In this document: piece by piece, positions 18,672 through 27,950 of the stretch
Numbering within the stretch: position 1 is the stretch's first letter
Layout of the letters: each line of letters starts with the position of its first letter
NCBI GenBank assembly: GCA_015228685.1
Contig: JADGCY010000009.1
Coordinates: forward strand, 1-39,588
Source of the DNA: Desulfobacterales bacterium
GTDB lineage: Bacteria > Desulfobacterota > Desulfobacteria > Desulfobacterales > YD0425bin51
DNA: 39,588 nucleotides
Direction of reading: 5' to 3'
Program-made: the position numbers and the translations under genes
The notes under the pieces: generated by a model
Seen by the model: the letters and a program-made list of their open reading frames with translations, nothing else
Database searches by the model: none
Told to the model about the DNA's origin: nothing

Positions 18672-21248
18672 ATGTACGGCTGGATACTACATGATAATAC
18701 TGAAATCGCAGAGATTAAAAGGGCTACTGACGAAGCTGCCAAAGCTAATGTCACTATTGAATTGGTTTATCCTAAGGATATTGAATTGATTTTAGAACAT
18801 TCTTATGATGGGGTAATTTACGTAAGAGGTGTGAAAAAACAATTGCCTGAGTTTGCTATTGCAGCTTTTTTGAACGAAGTTGACTACTATAATCTTGCGA
18901 TTCTTCGTCAGTTAGAGACATTAGGTGTTCTTTGTATAAATACAGCAGATGCCATATTAAACTCAAGCGATAAACTTTTGACCTCACAGCTTTTGATATC
19001 ACATAACATACCTGTTGCAAAAACCGCTTTACTGCGGGCTAATTCAGATTTGGAAATTTTAGAATCTGAGATTGGTTTACCTATGATAGCAAAGGTTATG
19101 AATGGAAGTAAAGGAAAAGGAGTCATTCTTATACAGACAAAAGCTGAGTTAAAGAATCTCTTAGAGCTTTATGTAGCCGGAGGTTTTAGAAGTGAAATTT
19201 TACTTCAGACGTATATAGCTTCCAGCAAGGGTAAGGATTTACGAGTATTTATAATAGGCGGTAAAGCATTGGCCTGTTTCATTAGGCAAAACGCCAGTGA
19301 TGGATTTAAGTCCAACATTTCAGTAGGAGGATTTGGCTCTCCGCATCCTCTAACAGATTCTATCAAAAAAATAGCTGAAAAAGTTGCTAAAATTCTTGGT
19401 TTGAATATGGCAGGAATTGATCTTATGTTTGGACCAGATGGCTATATTGTTGGAGAGGCTAATTCACTCCCTGGTTTCCAGGGGTTGGAGGCTGCTACAG
19501 GGATTAATGTTCCGGTCAACGCCTTGTTTAGTATTGCTGGGCAATTGATTTCTCGTCCTGCTCCACCATGGCGCATTAAGCAAATATTTTCAGAATCTAT
19601 GAAAATGCCGATGCCGGAAGTTCTTTTACATCAGTCTAAAACTATACTGCCTGGTGTTGCACGTTCTTTGTTCAATCACTGCCAAGAGGCTCAAAATATT
19701 GTATTGTTTAATATTATTAATTTTTGCCGAGATACTGAATTCGGCAAAGGGCATAATTTTTATGATATTAAATCGATCGATGATTTCCGAGAACGAGTAC
19801 CTATATCAAGCTGGCCAGATTATGAGATCTATGCACAACGAATGGCAAATGGGGAGAAAAATATTCTTTTCCCTGGTGCTCCAGAGTATTTTATAACTAC
19901 ATCAGGGACTACATCTAATAAATTAAAAATGATTCCAGAGAGTAATTATGGTGCTATTGCCAAAAAGGCTATATCGTTGGTTAGGCGGAATTTACTTTTT
20001 TCTCTGTTTCATGATATAGGTAAGTTAGGTCATTTTTTTGCACTTTCGAATTCTTCAAACCTTTCAGTTACTCCTGCAGGTATTCCTATTGGTTTTGCTT
20101 CTGGAATTACCAGATCACAGGTTGATGCATCTTTATCATCTTTAGATGCTTATCCATCTGAAATCCTGAACATTTCAGATAATGAAAGTGTTGATTATCT
20201 TATCATGCGTTTTGCTCTTCATCACAAAGACATGATGGCTTTAATCGGTAATAATGCTGGACGGATGAGAGTGCTTGCCGATTATGCGCAAGAGCATGCA
20301 GAAGAGATTATTTCCGATATAGAGAAAGGAACAATCAGTAAAAGATTATCCATCTCTGCAGAAGAAAGGAGATTGCTTGAAGAAAAATTAAAGCCTTCCC
20401 CTGAAAGGGCAGCTGAATTAAGAGATATTATAAAGAAAAACAATGGTGGATTTCTCCCCAAACATTATTGGCCTCAAATTCGTTTAGCTTGTTTCTGGCT
20501 GTCAAGTACAGTAGGCAATTACATAGATGATATACGTCCTTTGTTAAACGATAGCGTTATATATATGGATGCAGGGTATGGTTCAAGTGAATTGAAGATC
20601 AATATCCCTATGAAACCTAATGAATCTTTTGCTCCAATAGCTCCATTTGTAGCATTTTTTGAGTTTTTGCCAATTGGTGGAATAAAGCCTCTACTTGCAC
20701 ATGAGCTAACCGATGGTTCTATGTATGAACTTATAATAACTACATATTCAGGACTATACCGATATAATATTCAAGATTTAGTTAAAGTATGCGGTTTTAC
20801 AGGCAATACTCCTAATATAGAATTTGTTATTAAAAGTATAGAGGTAGCTAATATTTCTGATGAAAAGATACCGGGATCAGTTATTAATTCATGTGTAAGA
20901 GAAACTGCAAGCTCCATAGGTATATCTATTAAGCAGTGTCAGGTATATCCAGATCAGGATGCACGTAGATATGTTTTTCTTATCGAACCAGAAGGAACTA
21001 CTTCTAATTTCCCAGTTGATGAATTTCTTATAATCTTGGATAAAACTCTTAAGGAACAGCATATGGCTTATAGAGTATTTAGAGGACAAAAGCTCATTCA
21101 TCAACCAGTTATTAGAATTATGCGTCAAGGATGGCAGGAAAGTCTTTATCGTGAGAAAATTAAGCCAGGAATTACAACTTCACAAATTAAATTGCCATAT
21201 ATTATTAGCCTTTTGCCTGATCCTACATGGTTTTTAAAAGGGGAATAA
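18672..21248 (+). CDS. Fusion protein: N-terminal RimK-type ATP-grasp ligase domain plus C-terminal GH3-family acyl-adenylate-forming amide synthetase domain
   Basis: RBS AAGGAGG at 18659-18665, 6 nt before the ATG at 18672. The ORF-track start at 18630 is probably too far upstream. The N-terminal domain matches RimK (DGFKSNISVGGFGSPHP...MAGIDLMFGPDGYIVGEANSLPGFQGLEAATGINV). The C-terminal roughly 540 aa match the GH3 signature (FRERVPISSWPDYEIYAQRMANGE...YFITTSGTTSNKLKMIP). Confidence 0.75.
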   Translation: MYGWILHDNTEIAEIKRATDEAAKANVTIELVYPKDIELILEHSYDGVIYVRGVKKQLPEFAIAAFLNEVDYYNLAILRQLETLGVLCINTADAILNSSDKLLTSQLLISHNIPVAKTALLRANSDLEILESEIGLPMIAKVMNGSKGKGVILIQTKAELKNLLELYVAGGFRSEILLQTYIASSKGKDLRVFIIGGKALACFIRQNASDGFKSNISVGGFGSPHPLTDSIKKIAEKVAKILGLNMAGIDLMFGPDGYIVGEANSLPGFQGLEAATGINVPVNALFSIAGQLISRPAPPWRIKQIFSESMKMPMPEVLLHQSKTILPGVARSLFNHCQEAQNIVLFNIINFCRDTEFGKGHNFYDIKSIDDFRERVPISSWPDYEIYAQRMANGEKNILFPGAPEYFITTSGTTSNKLKMIPESNYGAIAKKAISLVRRNLLFSLFHDIGKLGHFFALSNSSNLSVTPAGIPIGFASGITRSQVDASLSSLDAYPSEILNISDNESVDYLIMRFALHHKDMMALIGNNAGRMRVLADYAQEHAEEIISDIEKGTISKRLSISAEERRLLEEKLKPSPERAAELRDIIKKNNGGFLPKHYWPQIRLACFWLSSTVGNYIDDIRPLLNDSVIYMDAGYGSSELKINIPMKPNESFAPIAPFVAFFEFLPIGGIKPLLAHELTDGSMYELIITTYSGLYRYNIQDLVKVCGFTGNTPNIEFVIKSIEVANISDEKIPGSVINSCVRETASSIGISIKQCQVYPDQDARRYVFLIEPEGTTSNFPVDEFLIILDKTLKEQHMAYRVFRGQKLIHQPVIRIMRQGWQESLYREKIKPGITTSQIKLPYIISLLPDPTWFLKGE

Positions 21249-21250
21249 TT

Positions 21251-22759
21251 ATGAAAAAAGAAAAATGGAACAATAATCATTTTCACATTAAAGTTCCTAA
21301 CTCTTTAAATTCCATACCAATTGTACAGTCATTTATCAAAAGTTGTGCTTTGATAATGGATTTTAAGGAACCAGAATTGACTCATTTGGAAATTGTTGCT
21401 GAGGAACTAAGCACTAATATTCTTCAACATGCTTACAGATCTGATGAATTGGCTAACTTCACCATTGATTGCATACTTAACGTAGATCAGCTGGAAATTA
21501 TTTTTCGAGATCAAGGACGTCCATTTGATCCTGAGCATTTGCCAGATTTTTCGGGTATTGATCCGTCAACTCTTGATGCTCCTGCTGGTTTAGGACTCTA
21601 TCTTTCTGCCCGTCTCGTGGATCTATTTAATGCAAGAAATCTAGGCTCCATGGGGAAAGAGATTCGCCTCATTAAAAGGCTTAAAGGCTCTTGGCAATTA
21701 TCAAAAGAACCTGATGGTTTCCGTCAGATACAGACTTTATATCGCAAGGAAGATTTTGATATGGTGCAGGTTCGTTCTATGCGTCCTGAAGAAGCTATAC
21801 AGGTTTCGAGGTTAATTTATGATGTCTATCACTATACCTATATGTCAGAAATCCCTTATAATCCACATAGACTTAGACAACTGCAAGAAGATGGACGTCT
21901 TTACTCCTTTGTAGCAGTTTTGGGAAATGGAGTTGTCGCATCTCATGTTGCCCTTCAGATTTCACCTGATATGCCAAGACTTGGAGAATATTGTCTTGCC
22001 GCTACTTTACCAGAAGCAAGAGGTTATAAATTGGCTGAAAAGGTTGGTTTAGCTCTTTTAGAGACTGTTATGGGGTTGGGGATAACTGGACTTTATGCTA
22101 ATTTCACAACAGTCCATACAATTTCACAGCGAAAAAGACAGGGACTTGGAACTGCTGTAGGATTCTTGTTGGCTCGAAGTCCTGAAACTCTTCAAATGAA
22201 AGATATTCTTGAAACAGCCCCACAGAGAGTTTCCACTTTATTGATGTTTCAGAGCTTAGTTGAACGTGAACCTGTTATCGTATATATTCCTGAACAACAT
22301 AGAGATTTTATATCTGATATATATTGCCGTTGTAAACTTCCTGTGAAATTTGATACTAAAGTTACCGATCTTCCAGATATTAATAGCCAATTGGAGATTT
22401 TAATTGAGAAGGAGCGTAATATTGCTAAATTATCGGTGATAGAAGCTGGGAGGGATTTATTGCCTCAGATCAAGGAACGCCTTTTCGGCTTGCGTCTGAA
22501 TAATACTTCGGTAGTTTTCTCTTTTTTGAACCTTATGGATCCCCATACTCCAAAAGTAGCAGCTATACTTGAAGAAATGGGATTTTTTATAACTGGAGTT
22601 TTGCCTTTAGGGATAGGTATTAATGATGCATTGCTGATGACATGTCTTATTAACTGCGCTCTGGATTATGACAAGATTGAACTTTTTGACAAAGAAAGTA
22701 AAGATCTTCTTAATTATGTTCGAAGACAAGATCCTTCTTTACCAAAGCTATTATTATGA
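21251..22759 (+). CDS. Multi-domain protein: N-terminal HATPase-like (anti-sigma regulatory factor/RsbW-type) domain, central GNAT-like acyltransferase domain and a C-terminal region of unknown function
   Basis: Probable start at the ATG at 21251, preceded by AAAGGGGA and lying 2 nt after the upstream stop. HLEIVAEELSTNILQHAY resembles the RsbW/SpoIIAB N-box. The central LPEARGYKLAEKVGLALLE resembles GNAT motif A. The remaining approximately 200 aa are unassigned. Confidence 0.45.
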   Translation: MKKEKWNNNHFHIKVPNSLNSIPIVQSFIKSCALIMDFKEPELTHLEIVAEELSTNILQHAYRSDELANFTIDCILNVDQLEIIFRDQGRPFDPEHLPDFSGIDPSTLDAPAGLGLYLSARLVDLFNARNLGSMGKEIRLIKRLKGSWQLSKEPDGFRQIQTLYRKEDFDMVQVRSMRPEEAIQVSRLIYDVYHYTYMSEIPYNPHRLRQLQEDGRLYSFVAVLGNGVVASHVALQISPDMPRLGEYCLAATLPEARGYKLAEKVGLALLETVMGLGITGLYANFTTVHTISQRKRQGLGTAVGFLLARSPETLQMKDILETAPQRVSTLLMFQSLVEREPVIVYIPEQHRDFISDIYCRCKLPVKFDTKVTDLPDINSQLEILIEKERNIAKLSVIEAGRDLLPQIKERLFGLRLNNTSVVFSFLNLMDPHTPKVAAILEEMGFFITGVLPLGIGINDALLMTCLINCALDYDKIELFDKESKDLLNYVRRQDPSLPKLLL

Positions 22760-22779
22760 ATGGAAAGGTAATATAGATT

Positions 22780-24000
22780 ATGTCTGGATTGTTAAGTGTA
22801 TTTAGAGAACGTAATTATTCTTTTTTCTTTACCGGACAAGCTTTATCGTTTATCGGAAATTGGATGCAGAGTACCACATTTAACTGGCTTCTATATCAAT
22901 TTACTGATTCGCCTTTCCTTCTGGGGTCTATGAGTGCTGCTATAAACATTCCATTACTAATTTTAATTCCATATGCTGGTTCTATGGTTGATAGATTTGA
23001 CCATAGGAGACTACTTTTATTTTTACAGACAATCTTCATGATCCATGCTTCACTCCTTGGAGCGCTTGCTTATTTTGATTTATTGAATTTGACATTAATT
23101 GTTGCTATGGGATGCATTCAAAGTTTTTTAAATGCTTTCGATGGTCCTGCTAGGCAGGCTTTAGTTCCTCAATTGCTGAATGATCGCAGTAAAATGCCTG
23201 CAGCAATAGCACTTAACTCAGTAATGGTAAATACTACCCGTACTTTTGGACCTCCTTTAGCAGGTTGGATACTGACTAAAAACAGTTCTGTATCTTGCTT
23301 TCTACTAAATGCTTTAAGCTATTTTTTTATGTTATTAGCTTTGATGGCACTTCAATTCAGTAACTCTGATAATAAAGGCAAACATAGGGAATATACGAGT
23401 GCTTTAGATAATCTGCTGTTTATTGTTAGTCTCCCATCGCTGAGATATCTGTTTATATCTTATATAGTTGTTGCTGTGGCAACAATGTCTGTTTATGTTC
23501 TGCTGCCAATCTGGTCTGCTGATATACTAAAAGCTGGTCCACAGGGATTAGGTTTGATGATGGGAGGGATTGGAGCAGGGGCTTTACTTGGAGCTATTAT
23601 TGTAGGTTCCCAAAGTAACCAAGTCCGTTTATGGCTATTATTTCGTTATTCCTCTTTACTGCTGGGATTTGCTTTAATATTGATTTCTTCTATAAATGGT
23701 ATTACCCCTATTATCATGGTTACTGTAATGCTAGGTATGGCATATATAGGACAAAGTGTTGCTGCAAACACACTTCTTCAGATGAGTGTTGATGATTCTC
23801 GTCGCGGTGGCATCATGGCATTCTATCTACTTGTTGCATTTGGTTCTATACCAGTTGGCAATGTTTTAGGTGGGTGGCTTGGACATATCATTGGATTGAA
23901 AGGTGCAGCTATGACAGCAGGTATAACAGTTTTGATCTCCATTTTTTTTCTTTGGAGAACTAGTAGCAGAGTTATGCAATTAGTATTCAAAGAAAACTGA
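22780..24000 (+). CDS. MFS transporter, EntS/MFS_3 (transmembrane secretion effector)-like exporter
   Basis: About 12 predicted TM helices. The N-terminal pattern FFFTGQALSFIGNWMQ... resembles the enterobactin exporter EntS family. An RBS GGAAAGG lies upstream, and the start is 21 bp after the previous gene. Confidence 0.65.
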   Translation: MSGLLSVFRERNYSFFFTGQALSFIGNWMQSTTFNWLLYQFTDSPFLLGSMSAAINIPLLILIPYAGSMVDRFDHRRLLLFLQTIFMIHASLLGALAYFDLLNLTLIVAMGCIQSFLNAFDGPARQALVPQLLNDRSKMPAAIALNSVMVNTTRTFGPPLAGWILTKNSSVSCFLLNALSYFFMLLALMALQFSNSDNKGKHREYTSALDNLLFIVSLPSLRYLFISYIVVAVATMSVYVLLPIWSADILKAGPQGLGLMMGGIGAGALLGAIIVGSQSNQVRLWLLFRYSSLLLGFALILISSINGITPIIMVTVMLGMAYIGQSVAANTLLQMSVDDSRRGGIMAFYLLVAFGSIPVGNVLGGWLGHIIGLKGAAMTAGITVLISIFFLWRTSSRVMQLVFKEN

Positions 24001-24031
24001 CAGTATTATTTTACTATTCAGTGTATTTACG

Positions 24032-24724
24032 ATGAAAAATAAAAAGGCTAATATTTTAGTAATTGAAGATGACATGGCAATTTGTCGTGGATTATTAGAC
24101 GTTTTAGTATTTAATGGATATGAAGCAGAAGGTTCATTTGATGGCAAAGAAGGCTTTAAAAAGGGATTAGAAGGCAAATATGACCTTATTATGTTAGATG
24201 TTATGCTTCCAAATATGGATGGTTTTACTATTTGTCGAGAAATAAGAAAGAAAAAACCAAAACAACCAATTATTATGATAACAGCAAAAGGATCTGAAGA
24301 TGATATTATAGCTGGATTTAAGGCTGGAGCAGATGATTATGTACCCAAGCCATTTTCATTAAGAGAACTCATGGTTAGAGTTGAAGCTATTTTGAGACGT
24401 AGTGGAAAAAATATAGGGGATGAGCAAATAGAATATCTCGGTATATTTTTTGACGGAAAAACCCTTAATGCAAAATATCAAGGAAAAATTATTGAAATGA
24501 CAAGAAGAGAAATGGATATAATATTTTACTTGTATAAAAACAATGATCGTATTGTATCCAAAAAAGAGCTTTTATCTTCCATCTGGGGATATCAAAATCC
24601 TGACATAGAAACTCGTACAGTTGATATTCATATGTTAAAACTTAGGAAAAAGATTATTGATTTAACCAATATTCAATCCTTTATCGCAACTATACGTGGT
24701 GAAGGATATAGATTAGAATTATAA
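24032..24724 (+). CDS. OmpR-family winged-helix response regulator
   Basis: Receiver domain (ILVIEDD...DVMLPNMDG...K) plus a C-terminal OmpR/PhoB-type wHTH (VDIHMLKLRKKI...TIRGEGYRL). Confidence 0.85.
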   Translation: MKNKKANILVIEDDMAICRGLLDVLVFNGYEAEGSFDGKEGFKKGLEGKYDLIMLDVMLPNMDGFTICREIRKKKPKQPIIMITAKGSEDDIIAGFKAGADDYVPKPFSLRELMVRVEAILRRSGKNIGDEQIEYLGIFFDGKTLNAKYQGKIIEMTRREMDIIFYLYKNNDRIVSKKELLSSIWGYQNPDIETRTVDIHMLKLRKKIIDLTNIQSFIATIRGEGYRLEL

Positions 24725-24727
24725 TAT

Positions 24728-26527
24728 TTGAAAAAATTACTCATATTAATAATTATTTTCTGCCTTTTTTTATCAATACCACTTTACTATTTTATCTTAC
24801 GAACATATTTAAGCCTTGAACAAGAAGAGGTTTCAAAATTCAGATATTTTGGAGAAACTCTTTTCGATCAAATGGAGGGTTTTCTTGCTGAATTAGTTGT
24901 TAAAGAGGAAAGTAGAGCAGTCGATGAATACAATTATTATTATAACCCTAAAGGGTTATCTTCTGTCATTTCACCTCTTTCAAAACTTCCTTATCCTTAT
25001 TATATAATAGGATATTTACAAAATAATCCAGATGGCTCTTTTGAAACCCCTGTTCTTGAAAAAAGACAAAATATCCCACCAAATTTAGCTTCTCTAATTA
25101 CAAAGCTTACTGATGTAAATAATTCTTTTAATTCAAAAAGAGCTTCTATTATTCATGAAAATATTGAAGCTCCCAGTCAGTCTTATACTGTTGCATCTAA
25201 AGAAGTAAAAAAAGATGAAAGTTTTGGAGGTAAATTTTTAGATTTTTCAAGATCTCAAAAGCAAAAGGTATATTTAGGTCAAGAAGAGAAAAGAGTTGAA
25301 GAAATTCCAGCATCTCAAGCGTTAAACCTTTCAAAACAGGAACAAAATTATCCGCAAAATGAGATCATAAAAGGCGAAATCTATCATAATCAGGCAGAAA
25401 TAACTCCAATGCAGTCATTAATTATAAATAATAGTGAAATTTTTATTTTCAGAAGAATTATGATAGCTAATAAAATATATAGACAGGGATTTGTTATTAA
25501 TGCAAAAGCATTTTTAAATAATTTAGCAAATCTATATTTTAATGGACAGCCAATGGCAAATTTTACTGGTTTAAAACTAAATATAAGTGACAGAGGTTAT
25601 GAAATCTCATCATTTTTTTCTGGTGTTCAAATCAAAAACCTCAATTTTTCATTAAAGAGAGTATTCGGCCGTCCATTTTCTTTTCTGTCAGCAACATTAT
25701 TATGTGAAGATATCCCAAAATCTTCTGGAAGAAAAACCTTAAACATTATGATGATTATTTTGAATGCAATAATTTTTATAGGGATGTTTACAATTTATAA
25801 GAGTGCAAAAACAGTAATGGATTTATCTAATAAAAAAGCTAGCTTTGTTTCTTCTGTAACCCATGAGCTTAAAACTCCGCTTACAAATATTCGTATGTAT
25901 ATTGAAATGCTAGAACAGGGTATTGCAGGAAATATTGAACGTGAAGCAGAATATTTCCATATTTTGGAGAATGAGACTAGCAGGCTTTCACGTTTAATTA
26001 ACAATGTATTGGAATTTTCGAAAATAGAACAAAAGCGATTTGATATTAAAGAAGGAACTTTTGATGATGTAATAAAAGATGTTTACGAAATAATGGGTAA
26101 AAGTCTTAGAAAGGAAGGTTTTATTTTTAAGATCAATTTAGATTCCCATAGATTTTCATATGATCGTGAAGTTATGATTCAGGTAATGATAAATCTAATA
26201 GAAAACAGTATAAAATTTGGAACAGATGGAAATTTAAAAGAAATTGTGGTTAATATAAGACCTTATAAAAAGTGGATCAAAATAAGTGTATCAGATACAG
26301 GACAAGGTATTCCAGCAAAGGAGCTAACCAAAATATTTAATGATTTTTATCGGGCTGAAAATGCTAAAAATAAAAGAGGAACAGGTATTGGGTTAGCTTT
26401 GGTGAAAAAGCTTATTATAGGTATGGGAGGCCGGGTGTATGCAAAAAATAATGAAAAAACACCCGGCTGCACAATAACTCTTATGCTTCCTAATATTTCC
26501 CAAACTCATTATCGTCAAGAGGTATGA
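24728..26527 (+). CDS. Sensor histidine kinase with a large periplasmic domain of about 300 aa
   Basis: TTG start 3 nt after the RR stop. Two TM segments flank an extracytoplasmic region. H-box SSVTHELKTPLT, N-box NLIENSIKF and G-boxes DTGQGI and GTGIGLAL are present. Confidence 0.8.
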   Translation: MKKLLILIIIFCLFLSIPLYYFILRTYLSLEQEEVSKFRYFGETLFDQMEGFLAELVVKEESRAVDEYNYYYNPKGLSSVISPLSKLPYPYYIIGYLQNNPDGSFETPVLEKRQNIPPNLASLITKLTDVNNSFNSKRASIIHENIEAPSQSYTVASKEVKKDESFGGKFLDFSRSQKQKVYLGQEEKRVEEIPASQALNLSKQEQNYPQNEIIKGEIYHNQAEITPMQSLIINNSEIFIFRRIMIANKIYRQGFVINAKAFLNNLANLYFNGQPMANFTGLKLNISDRGYEISSFFSGVQIKNLNFSLKRVFGRPFSFLSATLLCEDIPKSSGRKTLNIMMIILNAIIFIGMFTIYKSAKTVMDLSNKKASFVSSVTHELKTPLTNIRMYIEMLEQGIAGNIEREAEYFHILENETSRLSRLINNVLEFSKIEQKRFDIKEGTFDDVIKDVYEIMGKSLRKEGFIFKINLDSHRFSYDREVMIQVMINLIENSIKFGTDGNLKEIVVNIRPYKKWIKISVSDTGQGIPAKELTKIFNDFYRAENAKNKRGTGIGLALVKKLIIGMGGRVYAKNNEKTPGCTITLMLPNISQTHYRQEV

Positions 26528-27920
26528 TATCTTCAGGATCAGATAAATCAGTGGGAGCTGGCAGTTTTTTTACTTGTTGTTTAACTTTATGTTCTATAAT
26601 TAAGTTTTGAGCTGCTTTTTTAGGAGTATAATCTTTTTTAAATTCTTTTGATTTCTTTACTTCTTTTACTTCTTCTATTTTAACTGTTTTTGCTTTTTTT
26701 ACTTCTTTTACTTCTTTTAATTTAAATTTAGAAAGTAAAGTTTTTACATTATTAGCGTGTGATGAAAACTGTTGAGCTGTTGCAGAAGTAGCTTCAGCAT
26801 TTGCAGTATTTTGATTTGTTATACTGTCTATTTGGCTTATACCTTGGTTGATTTGTCCTATTCCAAGAGCCTGTTCATTGCTTGCTGAAGCTATTTCGGT
26901 CATTATAGTTGCAACTTTTTTAATGTCTTCATTAATTTCATCTAATGCTCTTCCTGTATCTCCAGCAATAGCTGCTCCTTTTTCTATTTTTTGAATAGCA
27001 TTTTCTATAAGATTAGCTGTTTCTTGCGCTGCTTTACCAGATCTTGAAGCAAGATTCCTGACTTCCTGGGCTACTACTGAAAATCCTTTTCCATGTTTTC
27101 CTGCCCTTGCTGCTTCAATTGCTGCATTTAAAGATAAAAGATTTGTCTGGAAAGCTATTTCATCAATAGCTTTCATGATTTTGCTGATTTCTTTACTTGA
27201 TTCACTTATCTCACCCATGGCAGAAATCATTTCTTTTACCTGAACAACGCCATTTTGAGCAGCGTTACATGCACTAGCTGATAGTTTGTTTGCTTCAGAA
27301 GCATTGTCAGCATTTGTTTTTGTTTGTGAGGCTAATTCTGTCATAGAACTGCTTATTTCTTCAATAGAAGCAGCTTGAGTCGAAGCTCCTTGAGATAGTG
27401 AATTGCTAGAATTTGAAAGGTGGGAAGCTCCTGATGCTACTTGATCCATCGACATATAAACTTCGCTGATTGTTGAGTTTAACATTTTCGTCATACGATC
27501 CAAAGATTTACCTAATATATCTTTTTCAGAATATATTACTACTTCATTTGTTAAATCTCCGTTTGCAATTTGTTCAGTTAAAGCAGCTTTTTCTTTTAAA
27601 CTATCAACAATTTTTTTTAAAGATCTAAACACTCCGCACATCTCATTATCATTTTCTAAAAACTCCACATTAAGATCTCCTTTTGAAATTGTTTCAGCAA
27701 TTTCAAAAAGATCTTTAGGATGATTTCCAAGCTGTTTTGATGTGATTTTTATGAGGTAAAATAGAGCAAAGCCTCCTATCAAAACAGCTAATATATTTAA
27801 TATAATGACAGAAAAAAAAGATTTAAGCTCTAAATAAGATATAAGCGAAATAGTTATGTTAATTATTATAAGTAAAAGATAAGATGCTGCTATCTTATTT
27901 ATAAAATTTAGACGTTTCAT
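26490..27920 (-). CDS. Methyl-accepting chemotaxis protein (HAMP plus MCP signalling domain) with a lysine-rich C-terminal repeat tail
   Basis: Two N-terminal TM helices with a short loop, then HAMP and the highly conserved MCP core ([32 protein letters not shown]). The C-terminus carries [10 protein letters not shown]...[10 protein letters not shown] repeats. Confidence 0.8.
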   Translation of the reverse strand: MKRLNFINKIAASYLLLIIINITISLISYLELKSFFSVIILNILAVLIGGFALFYLIKITSKQLGNHPKDLFEIAETISKGDLNVEFLENDNEMCGVFRSLKKIVDSLKEKAALTEQIANGDLTNEVVIYSEKDILGKSLDRMTKMLNSTISEVYMSMDQVASGASHLSNSSNSLSQGASTQAASIEEISSSMTELASQTKTNADNASEANKLSASACNAAQNGVVQVKEMISAMGEISESSKEISKIMKAIDEIAFQTNLLSLNAAIEAARAGKHGKGFSVVAQEVRNLASRSGKAAQETANLIENAIQKIEKGAAIAGDTGRALDEINEDIKKVATIMTEIASASNEQALGIGQINQGISQIDSITNQNTANAEATSATAQQFSSHANNVKTLLSKFKLKEVKEVKKAKTVKIEEVKEVKKSKEFKKDYTPKKAAQNLIIEHKVKQQVKKLPAPTDLSDPEDIIPLDDNEFGKY

Positions 27921-27950
27921 ATTTTTTTCCCTTAAACAAACGTTTTTATC

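Noticed and set aside
18189-24031. Direct repeat of the tRNA-Arg 3' end (att site) at the far end of the GC-rich cassette, or an integrase gene
   Set aside because: I could not find a copy of the tRNA 3' segment (GTTCGAGTCGTGCCAGGCGCG) or an integrase or transposase ORF by eye. The island call therefore rests on GC shift and tRNA adjacency alone.
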